Positions 31,629-42,600 of a DNA stretch of 64,000 nt are shown here, in pieces. The position numbers and the translations under genes were made by a program. The stretch's first letter is position 1. Each line of letters begins with the position of its first letter. The stretch comes from Chloropicon primus (Eukaryota): NCBI GenBank assembly GCA_023205875.1, contig CP060760.1, positions 1-64,000 of the forward strand. Direction: 5' to 3'. The notes beneath the pieces are model-generated. The model searched no databases. It saw only the letters and a program-made list of their open reading frames with translations, and was not told the DNA's origin.

Positions 31629-34505
31629 ATGGCGTCCGCTGGAGGGTACAGGGGTTTGCACAACTTCATCAATGAGATAAGGCAGTGCAACTCCAAGGAG
31701 GCGGAGAGGGCTCGCATTGACAAGGAGCTGGCGAACATACGAACCAAGTTCAAAAGCGACCGAGGGTTGAGCTCGTACGAGAAGAAGAAGTACATATGGA
31801 AGCTCCTTTACATCTACGTCCTCGGGTACGACGTGGAGTTCGGCCACATGGAAGCCGTGGCTCTGATATCGAGCACAAAGTTCTCCGAGAAGCAAGTGGG
31901 TTACATCGCGGCGAGTGTTCTGCTTCACGAGAACTTGGAGTTCGTCAGGCTGGTGATCAACACGATGCAGAAGGACCTCCTGAGCAGGGATGAGAACTAC
32001 CAGTGCATGGCGCTGACGGCGATTGCGAACATGGGAGGAAGGGAGTTTGCGGAGGCCCTCTCGGGGGAGGTCTTGAAGCTTTTGATCAGCAGCTCCACGA
32101 GGAACGTGGTGAGGAAGAAGGCGGCGCTTTGCGTGCTGAGATTGTTCAGGAGGAACCCGGACATCATTTCCCACGAGACCTTCGCTCTCAAGATGGGGAA
32201 CTTGCTCCAGGAGAGGGACTTGGGGGTTCTCCTCAGTTCCATGTCCCTGCTCTGCGGAGTCGTCGCCGTGGACTCGAGGGGGTACGAGGTCGTGATCCCA
32301 AAGGTCGTCGCGGTCCTCGAGCGGGTGGCCAAGGGCATCGACATTCCGCAGGACTACACGTACTACGGCATCCCGTCGCCGTGGCTCCACGTCAAGGCCC
32401 TCAGGGCCCTGCACTACTTTCCGGTGATAGAGAACGACGGCGTGTGGACCAAGCTGCAGGAGATACTCAGGAGGACGATATCCAGCGCCCCGATCGACAA
32501 GAACACCAACAAGAACAACGCCCTCCACGCCATACTGTTCGAGAGCATCTCCCTCATGATGCACCTCAACATGGACTCCGAGGTGCTGACGCAGTGCGTC
32601 ACTCTCTTGGGCAAGTTCGTTTCCATCAAGGAGCCGAACATCAGGTACTTGGGCTTGGAGAACATGTCCAGGCTTAGCCTGGTGCCGGAGATGATGACCA
32701 CGATCAAGGCGCACCAAGAGCAGATCCAGCTGAGCTTGAACGACCCCGACATCTCCATCAGGAGGAGGGCGCTGGACTTGCTGTACAGGATGTGCGACGC
32801 GCAGAACTCGCACGAGATCGTGGACCAGCTCCTGAGCTACTTGACGACGGCGGATTTTGCCATCAGGGAGGAGCTCGCACTGAAGATCGCGATCTTGTCG
32901 GAGAGGTTTGCCAGCAGCCTGCAGTGGTACGTCGACGTTATCATCTCTTTGATTGACAAGGCAGGGGACCACGTGAGCGACCAGGTCTGGTACAGAGTCG
33001 TGCAGATCGTGACGAACAACGAGGCCCTCCAGAGCCACGCTGCAGCGAATGTGCTGAGGAAGCTTCAAGATGGAAGCAGCCACGAGACGATGCTGAAGCT
33101 TTCGAGCTACATTCTTGGGGAGTTTGGCCAGCTTCTGCAGGGGTCCACCAGGGAGATCTTCCACCTTCTGAAGGACCGCTTGGGATCCGCCACGGCGCCG
33201 ACAAAGGGGCTCATTTTGTCCGCCTTTGCCAAGATTCTTGTGAGGAGCCCAGAGGACACGGAGATTGCGGACTCCATCAAGGAGATCTTCAAGAGGTACG
33301 GCTCGATCCCTGACGCGGAGCTCCAGCAAAGGTCGGTGGAGTACGCCGTCTTGTCCGGGAAGAAGGAGGCCACGGAGGTCATGTCTCTGATGCCCAAATT
33401 TCCTGAGCGAGAGTCCTCCTTGGTCAAGCTCATGTCCCCGGAATCGAATGAGGCTTCTCTGCCCATCGCAAGAGGCAGGAACGTCGATAGGGACGCGGAG
33501 GCTCTCCCCTCTGCCACCCAGTCCAACGACCTGCTTGACTTGGACGACGCCATCGAGAACACTGTGCCCGTGGTGCCTCTGACCCCAGAGGAGCCAGCGA
33601 AGGCAGGCCAGAGCGACCCGCTGGACCTGTTGGCGGGTCTCTCTGTCACCGAGGAGGCCCCAGCCGCAGCGCCCCCTGCAGCGTCGGGCAACAATGCAGC
33701 AGACCCCTTTGGAGGCTATTCTGACCTCACGGTGGGCAACTCGAGCGGCGGGTCGGGTCTGACGCCGCAGCTCGCGGGAGGCAGTCTTGAGGACTGGCAC
33801 TCCAAGTTGTGCGTGTCGAACAAGGGTGTGTTGTACCAGGACCAGTATCTGCAGATAGGCGTGAAAGCAGACTACCAGAAGGCCCAGGGCAGGATCATGC
33901 TCTTCTTGGGAAACAAGCACACGGCTGAATTGAGTAACGTTGTTCTCTCGATTCCTCCGATCCCAGCGTACCGCATTCAGCTTGGCAGCGTGCCGACGTC
34001 CATTGCCGCCCAAGCCCAAGTTCAGGTCCCAGTGGCCGTGTCCTGTGTGGAGGCTTCCCTGGATGCTCCCAAGCTCCAGGTGGTCTACCACGTGCAAGGA
34101 GAAGCAGCGAAGCTCGATTTGCAGATGCCCGTGATTCCCACGAAGTTCTTCGCGCCCGTCGCAAATGTTGACACGAATTCTTTCTTCACGATGTGGAAGA
34201 GCATCCCTGATGCTCCTTTGAAGCTGCAACAAATTGCGCAGACCACCAACGCCTTGGACATGGCTAGAACCCAAGGCTTGGTGAGCGCCGCTGGACTCAC
34301 AGTTGCGCAGGGAATCGACCCGAGCCCAAGCAACGTGGTTGGTGTGGGTGCATTCAACTGCGAGTCGTCTGGCGAGACGGTCGTCATGCTCAGGTTAGAG
34401 ATTGACCCGAGGTCCTACAAGCAATACAGGATCACGGTCGCCTCAAACAATGCACTTCTCACTTCCTCCACAAAGGAGTTTTTGGTGAAGGAGCTTAATC
34501 GCTAG
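31629..34505 (+). CDS. AP2A: AP-2 complex subunit alpha (alpha-adaptin)
   Basis: RGLHNFINEIR, KELANIR.KF, YEKKKYIWKLLYIY.LGYDVEFGH, YYGIPSPWL and DAELQQRSVEY, plus hinge and ear domains. Confidence 0.96.
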   Translation: MASAGGYRGLHNFINEIRQCNSKEAERARIDKELANIRTKFKSDRGLSSYEKKKYIWKLLYIYVLGYDVEFGHMEAVALISSTKFSEKQVGYIAASVLLHENLEFVRLVINTMQKDLLSRDENYQCMALTAIANMGGREFAEALSGEVLKLLISSSTRNVVRKKAALCVLRLFRRNPDIISHETFALKMGNLLQERDLGVLLSSMSLLCGVVAVDSRGYEVVIPKVVAVLERVAKGIDIPQDYTYYGIPSPWLHVKALRALHYFPVIENDGVWTKLQEILRRTISSAPIDKNTNKNNALHAILFESISLMMHLNMDSEVLTQCVTLLGKFVSIKEPNIRYLGLENMSRLSLVPEMMTTIKAHQEQIQLSLNDPDISIRRRALDLLYRMCDAQNSHEIVDQLLSYLTTADFAIREELALKIAILSERFASSLQWYVDVIISLIDKAGDHVSDQVWYRVVQIVTNNEALQSHAAANVLRKLQDGSSHETMLKLSSYILGEFGQLLQGSTREIFHLLKDRLGSATAPTKGLILSAFAKILVRSPEDTEIADSIKEIFKRYGSIPDAELQQRSVEYAVLSGKKEATEVMSLMPKFPERESSLVKLMSPESNEASLPIARGRNVDRDAEALPSATQSNDLLDLDDAIENTVPVVPLTPEEPAKAGQSDPLDLLAGLSVTEEAPAAAPPAASGNNAADPFGGYSDLTVGNSSGGSGLTPQLAGGSLEDWHSKLCVSNKGVLYQDQYLQIGVKADYQKAQGRIMLFLGNKHTAELSNVVLSIPPIPAYRIQLGSVPTSIAAQAQVQVPVAVSCVEASLDAPKLQVVYHVQGEAAKLDLQMPVIPTKFFAPVANVDTNSFFTMWKSIPDAPLKLQQIAQTTNALDMARTQGLVSAAGLTVAQGIDPSPSNVVGVGAFNCESSGETVVMLRLEIDPRSYKQYRITVASNNALLTSSTKEFLVKELNR

Positions 34506-34585
34506 TCAAAAGGATGAACACACAAACTCTTTTAAGCTTTTCTTTAGTTTGACATGCCGTCTTTATCAATTCAATCCGATCACGA

Positions 34586-37500
34586 TCAGTGCGCGCTCCC
34601 GTGCTTGTTCCGCAGATACGCTAACCTGAGCTTTATCTCCCTGAATGTCGGCCTCAGTCTTGGGTCGTGACGCCAGCAGTCCCGAATCAGCCTTTTTAGA
34701 CTGATTGGACACCCGGAGGGCAAGGGGAGCCTGTCTCCCTCGACCCCAACGGCAACCACGACTTGCATCGGAAGAAGCTTGTCCGCCCACGGCTTCTGGC
34801 CAGTCAGGCACTCCCAAAGGATGATGCCAAAACTGTACACGTCGCACTTCTCGTCCACATTTCTGCCTTGCATGATCTCCGGGCTCATGTACGCAACCGT
34901 CCCTGCGTTCAGGTGCTTGGTCTCTACAAAAGTGTTCGTCCTGATTCTCGCAATACCAAAGTCTGCCACCTGAGCCCGGCCGTCCCTGTGGAGCAAGATG
35001 TTCTGAGGCTTCAAGTCCCTGTGAATGATGGGGGGCTCCAAGCTGTGACAGTAATCCATGGCAGATGCGACGTCTTCTGCGAGCTGGAGCAACGTGCCAT
35101 ACTCTGGCTGCTTCTGGTTTGTGTGCAGCATGGAGTGAAGCGATCCCCCCTCGGCGTACTCGAGGATCACGCAAAGTGATTCCGGATTGAGGCAACACCC
35201 CAGGAAGTTAACGATGTTGGGGTGCCTGAGGTTCTGCAGCAGTGCCACTTCGGTCTTCAAGGAATCCACCTGGTCCGCATTTAATTCATTGTTGTTGTGC
35301 AGGAGCTTGATTGCGACCCTGTGGCCCTTGTAGGTGCCTTCGTAGACACTCCCACTGCCCCCCGAACCAATCAGGTGCGTGATCTGTACGTCCTTGAAAA
35401 TGTCCACGTTCATGCTCTCGACATCCGTCCTCGATGGAATCTTCTCCACGGCGTGCCTCTTCGGCGTTTGCTCACTCCTCGCGCTATCCACAACTTCTTT
35501 CATGACCCTCCACTCTTCCGCGACGAGTTTTTGCGCGGTTTGCAGGGACTGAATTTGCTTCTCGATGAGCTCGTGGTAGTCGCTCGCTACGGACATGTCA
35601 ATGACCTCGCTCGCGCTCTTGCGAAGGTGCTTCCCCCTGGCCTTCCCTTGGGGGCTACTAAAATCCAGGAGCTTCTTGAGATCGTTGCTGCTTTTCAGCA
35701 GGGCCTTGCACGAAGCCTGGAGCGCGTCATCAACATGCTGCAAGTTGGAGAATTTCCTGTAGCTCATGGGCTCGCTTCTGTTTGTAGGCACCACGATCGG
35801 AGATGGCATGATCTCGGTGTCGTGCTTGAAAAGGCCCCGACTCGTGGGCTCCCCCTCCGAGATGCTGCTCACTTTGTACAAAGGCTGGCGCTCCATCCTC
35901 ACCGTCTGCGGGACGTCTTCTTCGACTATTGAGCCACCACAGTGAGTGTGGTACATGAGCTCCTCCACGCGCTCCGAAGGCAAAGGACTCACTCGAGCCG
36001 TGTCACAAGGAAGAGTCTGCCTGCTCGCAGTCCTTGTGCTCGCTTTGGATGGGCTGTGGCTCAAAGCCTTGCTCACCCCGTACACGGGAAGGATGTTGTC
36101 AATATTCGTGCTCTCCAAAGGACCGCCACCGTCGTCGGGGTCCGCAGCTTCCCTGTACGTTACGCTCTCCACCCAGCCCTTCTTATTGGCGGCTTTCATC
36201 TTGACCGTGGCCGGGATCCTGAAGCGGTGTCTGTACGCGCTGACGTCGTCAATGGCCTCCTGGAAAGACTCGTGAAGTGCGACACAGCAGAGTGGCACAG
36301 AAGTCAACCTCTTCCCGGGTTGCTTTGGGAATATTATGCATATCAGGATCGGCACCAGGATCAGAGCGGTGACGACGCCAATGACGATCCCAAGGCTCCA
36401 GCCCAGGACGTGGCTGTTGCCGGAACCCTGAGAGTAGTCCAGATCCAAGAGACTCGCCTCGAGCTCGGACATTTCGCTCAAATCCAGCACCCAGAGCTCC
36501 CCGCTATCGCTGGAGTTGGGCTTGGAGTTGAACAAGATGTTGGTCACGATGAAGAAGATGCCTTGGTCCGACCCATCCACCAGGTCAAACCTGTTCCAAG
36601 GCCTAGGGAAACCGAAATCGCTGAGGGGGGCGCTCACCTCCACCCAAGTGCCGGTGAGTTGGCTCTGGTTCCACAGGGACTCCACGCACTGGGCCTCCTT
36701 CCTGCTCTCGTTCTCCCTGCTGACCTCCAGGCACACGTCGACTTCGTTGGAGGAGGCTAAGATCTGAAAGTGCAGGGCCTCCCAGAACTCAAAGGAGGCG
36801 TCTGTCGCGAAGCTCAGTGCCCCGTTCGGCCCCACCAAGGCTTTCACCGCAGCTTCCCCGCTCGGCAGGATGTAGGAAAAGTCGTAGAAGCCGATGTAGC
36901 TCCTGTCCGTCCACCGAGGGGCCAGGCCGAAACCCGACAAGTACACCGCTTCCACGAAAGGCATCGTGGCAGAGGCGGGCGCTGGAACGTCGATCTCCCC
37001 CTCCGTCCTCCACAGGCACTGGCTGTAGCCACTGGAATCGAGCCCCTCCTCCCCGCCGCAAAACTCGATTTTCTGAACGAACACGATCGACCCCTGGACG
37101 GACTTCTCCTCGATCCTGACCTCGTACCAGCTGAAGTCCAGGGCATCGGGCAAGGGGATTCTCACCTGGCTCCAGGCGTTCGCGGCGAACTCGGGGTTCC
37201 CGTCCAGGACGGTGTGCGCGGACACGCTCGCGGACGCTTGGGGGCGCTGATTGTACCCGGTGAGCGTGAGGATCGTCTGGGGGGGCGCGGGCTGGTCCGT
37301 GTTCTCGGCCACCATCACGTCCAGGCAAACGTGCGTGAACCCCGAGACGGGCTTCTCCTTCCTCTTCAGCCTCATGTTGAGGTACCCGAACCTCTGGGCC
37401 TCGAGCACGAGGACGGGCGCCTCCGGGTTCGCCGGCGCTGTGGGGTAGCCGGACTCCTCCCCGGGCCAAACCAGCGAAGATAAGTTCGCGTCCACGACGC

Positions 37501-37732
37501 TCATCACCCAATCGTCGCTTATGATCCCCCCCTCGACCGGCTTCGCCGACGCCGGTTCGTCGTTGGTGGCGGTCCCGTTGCCGCCACGCGTGGTGCTCAG
37601 GGGCTGCGCCGTCTGCAGGTCTTCGCTCGCCGCCGCCGCTTCCGTGGCGTGGAGAGGCAGGGCGGAGGCCAGCAGGACCACCACCGCCGCCAACCTCTTC
37701 CACTCCCCCCTCGTCCTCATCGTCATCGTCAT
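34586..37732 (-). CDS. Receptor-like tyrosine-kinase-like (TKL) Ser/Thr kinase with signal peptide, ectodomain and one TM helix
   Basis: Signal peptide (LAAVVVLLASALP), TM (LGIVIGVVTALILVPILICIIF), and kinase motifs IGSGGSGSVY, VAIK, HRDLKPQN, DFG, GTVAYMSPE and DVYSFG. Confidence 0.9.
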   Translation of the reverse strand: MTMTMRTRGEWKRLAAVVVLLASALPLHATEAAAASEDLQTAQPLSTTRGGNGTATNDEPASAKPVEGGIISDDWVMSVVDANLSSLVWPGEESGYPTAPANPEAPVLVLEAQRFGYLNMRLKRKEKPVSGFTHVCLDVMVAENTDQPAPPQTILTLTGYNQRPQASASVSAHTVLDGNPEFAANAWSQVRIPLPDALDFSWYEVRIEEKSVQGSIVFVQKIEFCGGEEGLDSSGYSQCLWRTEGEIDVPAPASATMPFVEAVYLSGFGLAPRWTDRSYIGFYDFSYILPSGEAAVKALVGPNGALSFATDASFEFWEALHFQILASSNEVDVCLEVSRENESRKEAQCVESLWNQSQLTGTWVEVSAPLSDFGFPRPWNRFDLVDGSDQGIFFIVTNILFNSKPNSSDSGELWVLDLSEMSELEASLLDLDYSQGSGNSHVLGWSLGIVIGVVTALILVPILICIIFPKQPGKRLTSVPLCCVALHESFQEAIDDVSAYRHRFRIPATVKMKAANKKGWVESVTYREAADPDDGGGPLESTNIDNILPVYGVSKALSHSPSKASTRTASRQTLPCDTARVSPLPSERVEELMYHTHCGGSIVEEDVPQTVRMERQPLYKVSSISEGEPTSRGLFKHDTEIMPSPIVVPTNRSEPMSYRKFSNLQHVDDALQASCKALLKSSNDLKKLLDFSSPQGKARGKHLRKSASEVIDMSVASDYHELIEKQIQSLQTAQKLVAEEWRVMKEVVDSARSEQTPKRHAVEKIPSRTDVESMNVDIFKDVQITHLIGSGGSGSVYEGTYKGHRVAIKLLHNNNELNADQVDSLKTEVALLQNLRHPNIVNFLGCCLNPESLCVILEYAEGGSLHSMLHTNQKQPEYGTLLQLAEDVASAMDYCHSLEPPIIHRDLKPQNILLHRDGRAQVADFGIARIRTNTFVETKHLNAGTVAYMSPEIMQGRNVDEKCDVYSFGIILWECLTGQKPWADKLLPMQVVVAVGVEGDRLPLPSGCPISLKRLIRDCWRHDPRLRPTFREIKLRLAYLRNKHGSAH

Positions 37733-38192
37733 CGTAACGTAACTCGCGAGAGGGGAACGGGCTCGAGAGTCTGTTTCGGTTCTCCGTCTCCTTGAAGAGA
37801 GAAACCGAAACCGTGACAACACCAGTGCCGTTCCGGCGCGGCGTTGTTGTTCCAATGGTTGGTCCTCTTCTTGTCCTCCCCTCGAGCGGAGCGTTCCTCC
37901 CTCTCCCTCTCCCTCCTCGTGCTCGAGCGTTAACTTCACGAGGTGCTCGCTGTCGGTTTCGGTTTTGAAGCCGTTGGTTTTACATATTCTCCACAAGACG
38001 TTACATTATAACCTCGCTCGGAGAACACTAATGTGTGGAAAGTATTGTTTGTTCGCTATGTGATGTAAAAGTAATGTCGTGTGACGAAAGATCTCCGAGC
38101 GGCGGCGTGACGAGCGCGCCAAAAAAAGCGGAACGAGGGGGAGCGACAAGAGGGAGGGAGTGTGAGAGAGAGAGGATAGTGAGAGTGTGAGG

Positions 38193-39212
38193 ATGTTTTG
38201 TGGTGCGAAGAGAGTGGTGGGACCCTTGGCGAGGGCGTTCAGCTCGGCGGCGGCGGCGGAGGCGCCGGAGAGGAAGGTGGCTGTCTTGGGAGCCGCGGGA
38301 GGGATCGGACAAACCTTGTCCTTGCTGATGAAGATGTCTCCCTCGGTGACGAAGTTGAGCCTTTACGATATCGTGAACACGCCGGGAGTGGCGGCGGACT
38401 GCAGTCACGTCAACACGGGGGCGCAGGTCACCGGGCACGTCGGGCAGGAGCAGCTCGGGGATGCGCTCAAGGGCTGCGACGTGGTGGTCATACCCGCGGG
38501 CGTGCCGAGGAAGCCTGGCATGACCAGGGACGACCTCTTCGCCATCAACGCCGGAATCGTGGCGGGACTCGTGGAGGGCGTGGCCAAGAACTGCCCGGAG
38601 GCCCTCATCACGATGATCTCCAACCCCGTGAACTCGACCGTCCCCATCGCGGCCGAGGTGCTCAAGAAGCACGGGGTGTACAACCCAAAGAAGCTCTTCG
38701 GGGTCACCACCCTTGACGTCGTGAGGGCCAAGACCTTCTACGCCGAGAAGAACGGGTTCGACGTCAACACCGTCGACGTGCCTGTCGTGGGAGGCCACGC
38801 CGGCATTACCATCTTGCCGCTCTTCTCCCAGGCCACCCCTTCGGCGACCATGTCCGACGAGGTCCTCGACGCCCTCACCAAGAGGACCCAGAACGGAGGA
38901 ACCGAGGTCGTCGAGGCCAAGGCCGGAAAGGGATCCGCCACCCTCTCCATGGCTTACGCCGGGGCCCTCTTCGCTGATGCCGCCCTCAGGGGACTCAACG
39001 GCGTCCAGGACGTCGTGGAGTGCACCTACGTCGAGTCCAGCATCACCGAGGTTCCATTCTTCTCCTCCAAGGTCAAGCTCGGGCCAGAGGGAGTCAGCGA
39101 GATCTACGGACTCGGCGACCTCACCGACTACGAGTCCGATGCCCTCAAGGCCATGATGCCTGAGCTCGAGGCCTCCATCGAGAAGGGAGTCAACTTCGTG
39201 AAGAACATGTAA
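38193..39212 (+). CDS. MDH: NAD-dependent malate dehydrogenase, mitochondrial
   Basis: [48 protein letters not shown] and [10 protein letters not shown]; short presequence ending ARAFSS. Confidence 0.97.
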   Translation: MFCGAKRVVGPLARAFSSAAAAEAPERKVAVLGAAGGIGQTLSLLMKMSPSVTKLSLYDIVNTPGVAADCSHVNTGAQVTGHVGQEQLGDALKGCDVVVIPAGVPRKPGMTRDDLFAINAGIVAGLVEGVAKNCPEALITMISNPVNSTVPIAAEVLKKHGVYNPKKLFGVTTLDVVRAKTFYAEKNGFDVNTVDVPVVGGHAGITILPLFSQATPSATMSDEVLDALTKRTQNGGTEVVEAKAGKGSATLSMAYAGALFADAALRGLNGVQDVVECTYVESSITEVPFFSSKVKLGPEGVSEIYGLGDLTDYESDALKAMMPELEASIEKGVNFVKNM

Positions 39213-39621
39213 GAAGCTTCGGTCGGATGGATGCTAATAAAATATATGAACTTATTTCATTCTGTTTTTTGCCAAGGTTACAAAGCCTCGTCCGTCCACG
39301 GTTCCCGCCACCACGCGCGTTCAAGCCCTCTCCTCTCCACACACCCTTCCAAAACCACCCAATACACAAGGGAACAACAGAGGAACAACAGAGGAACAAC
39401 ATCCTCTCCCTCTCCCTCTCCCTCTTCCAAGGCATGAAGCCGAGTGAGGGAAGAGGGTCCAGAGGTTGGTCCAGGTGCATTGCCTCTCCCCATCCCCATC
39501 CCCATCCCCATCCCCATCCCCATCCCCTTCCTTCCCTCCTCGCCCTTGCCTCTCCCCCTTTTCGCGCTCTTTTCGCAGACCTGGTGACAGATGAGAGAGC
39601 GTCAGTGCGCGATCGATCGTG

Positions 39622-42600
39622 ATGAGGCAGGGAGGAGGCGCGGAGGGGGAGGTGAGGGTGCAATGGGAGGGAGAGGAGGCGCCCTTCACCGTGGACCTCG
39701 ATGAGACAAACACGAACAAGAACAAGAACACGAACACGAGGGGTCTCCTCGAAAGAGCGAGGGAAGCGTTTGGTCTTCTTCGCTCGGTCACAGAGGGAGG
39801 ACAGGAAGAGGAAGAGTTTTGCCTGACGGACGGCGAGGTGGAGGTGAAGACGGACGGGAGGCTGGCGAGCATCGTGCGGGAGGCGAGGGAGAGTGGTGGG
39901 ACGCCCGCCATTCTCTTCCTCTTCAGCAGAGTTTCCCTCTCTCGCGGTGGTCGAGGGGAAGGGGAAGGGGGAGCGAGCTCGTGCCTCGGCCGCGAGCGCA
40001 TTAGCTTCGTGCCGCACCCGAGGACCATCACGGCAGCGGGAGACCTCGAGTACTTCACGTCCACGAGGGGGAAGCAGACGGTGTCGTACGCCCTGGCGGA
40101 GCTGGTGGACAACGCCCTGTCGGCGACCCAGCACGTGACGAGGGCGGGGGAGAGGGAGGTGAGGATATGCTTTTGCGTGAACTCGACCTCCAGCGCGTCC
40201 GTCTTCGTGGAGGACAACGGCGTGGGGATGAACAAGTCCCAGGTGAACGACTGGGCGGTGATGAACTTGAGCAAGAGCGAGCGAGAGCGGAGGGAGAGCG
40301 GGGGCTCCGGGGAAGTGGGCAACAGCAGCGGGAGCGGGAGCGACCCCTTTGCCTGGAACGCGACGCAGCACCAGACCCAGAAGCAGAAGCAAGCCGGTGG
40401 TTGGAAGCAAGACCGGCACTTGTTCTCGTCCCTGTCCTTCTTTGGCGTGGGCTCGAAGAATGCGGCCTTCTTCTTGGGGAATTCGGTGCACATGGCGACA
40501 AAGCAGGAGGACAACATGCTCGTGCACGACCTCCGCCTCAGCGCAAAGGAGCTGGAGACCAAGTACAGGAACAAGGAGAACGCCTACGAGGCCGACTTGA
40601 TCCACAGGGTTCCCGGGGACTTGAGCACGCTCACCGCGGAAGAAAAGAAGTTCGGGCCAGTCGTACAATCCGTTTTGGGGGAGGGGAAAGGCGACGGAGC
40701 CCGGGCCGGGGAAAACAAAAAGAGCTTCACGAGGCTGACGGTGTCGGAGCTCAAGAGGGACGTCATTGATCAGATCAAGGACAGGTACAGTTGCGAGCAA
40801 ATATGCAGGGAGCTTGCGCACATCTACCACTTTTACATCCATGGCGCCAACGGCAAGAGCGACTCGAGCTTGGACGCCGAAGCGCACGACGACAGGCGAA
40901 AGCTCCCTGACGGGAGCGCCCTTCCGGCGGTGGAGGTGGAGTTTCATTGCGAGGGCCGGCTTCTCTTTAAGACCAACCTGTGCGAAGTGGAGGACGAGCC
41001 CGTGTCCCTGCACTTGAAGTCCAAGAAGGAGGAGTTTCCATTCTCCCTTGAGGTTCCACAGAGGGGCCGGGTCGATGGGATTCTCTACTACTTTCCATTC
41101 GACAGCGAAAAAGAAACGTTGCCCTCTCTGGATTGGAAAGAGAGCCCAAGTCCGCAAGGGACTCAAGCCACCCAGTTCGACCTCACCCAAGTGTCCATGA
41201 CGCAGTTCAATCAGCATTCTTCGCAATTTAGCCTTGCGGATCCCGATGCGGGCGCCATGCTGGCAGCAGTGCAGGCGCAGAGGCGGTGCCTCTTTGAGAC
41301 GTTCTGGCAAGGCAGGCTCATCCCAGAATCTCGGGTCGTGTCGCTGCCCTTCATAGATTCGATATTCCAGAAGCAGGGAACGTACATGAGAGACAAGATA
41401 CCTCCCGAGGTGATAAACAGAATTTGGGGTTGCCTCTTCTTTGGGCCAGAATTTCGCGTCACGAGGAACAAGCTCTCGTTCCGTGATAACTTGGAGGACC
41501 TCCTTTGCTCATCCTTTTCGAGCAACAGGAACACGGAGAAGAAATTCAAGGAGTGGCTTGCCAGATGTCACAGCGAGCTCGACCAGACGCTCAGTTTTGA
41601 GAAGCTGTGCCCCACAGAGGTGCAGGCCACCATGCGGAGCAAATTCGGTGAGAACAAGACCTTCTTTGACAGGGTTGTCATGGGCGACTTGACCTTGTCC
41701 ACGGGTGACGTTGTGCAGCTCAAAACTACACCCAAGGTGGTGGGAAGGATTGCCAACATCCTGTCCAACAAGATCATGCACGCAGACGGCAGGCATTCAA
41801 ATGGGTATCTTGCGGTTCAGCCTATCCCAGAAGGAATTTACGGCAGCAGTATTGGCCTGTATCCTTTGCGCAGGTACAAGTCCAAGTTGAGCGCGAAAGA
41901 GCTAGAAAGCCACGTGAAGAAGCAGTGGAGCAAATGCCCCTCCAACCTCTCGGTGGAGCCCCTGCACCTAGCGACAGGAAAGATCAAAGAGTACGCGGCC
42001 GGCGACACCTTTCCGCCTACTTACATCTCCGTCACCGATGGTTCTGGGCAAAGGATCACCAAATGCATGAGCCGGGGCAAGAAGCAGAACCTCAGCGTGA
42101 TCCAAAAACTGTATTATTTGGGCACTGACTTGCCGCAGGACAACCAAGATCTCAGCCTTGCCGTGAAGGAGACCGTGAATCAATCAAGCCTTGAAAATCC
42201 TGTTGAAGTGTTGTGTGTCTCCAATTGTACGCCGAGGAACGACATATTCGGGTTCCAGAAAGTGAACGGTGGCCTAAAAAAGAGCGGGTATTATCTCATG
42301 AAGTTCATGGTTGAGCCTGACTGTGGTAAATCGCCCCTTGTCCTGGAAATGAAGTGCCGGGTGAAGCCAAGTGAGGGGGAGAGGGCTGAGCTGGAATGCG
42401 GGGGCAAAATCGAGGCAGTGCAGCTCGGGGAGGCACTTCCTCCTATCTCGCTGTCTATATACGACGAGTTTGACAACCTTGCGGACACCAAGCCTTATCT
42501 CGACAAGGTGAAGCTTTCTGTGGTGACCAACAACGAAGAAATTGCTATCAATGCCGAGAGCAAAATAGAGTCCCGGGATGGAAAGATTTTGCTCAAGGAT

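Noticed and set aside
1362..39212. Mitochondrial metabolism cluster (acnB, AUH, carrier, FAd, MDH)
   Set aside because: The genes are dispersed among unrelated ones and belong to a large functional class, so chance is sufficient.
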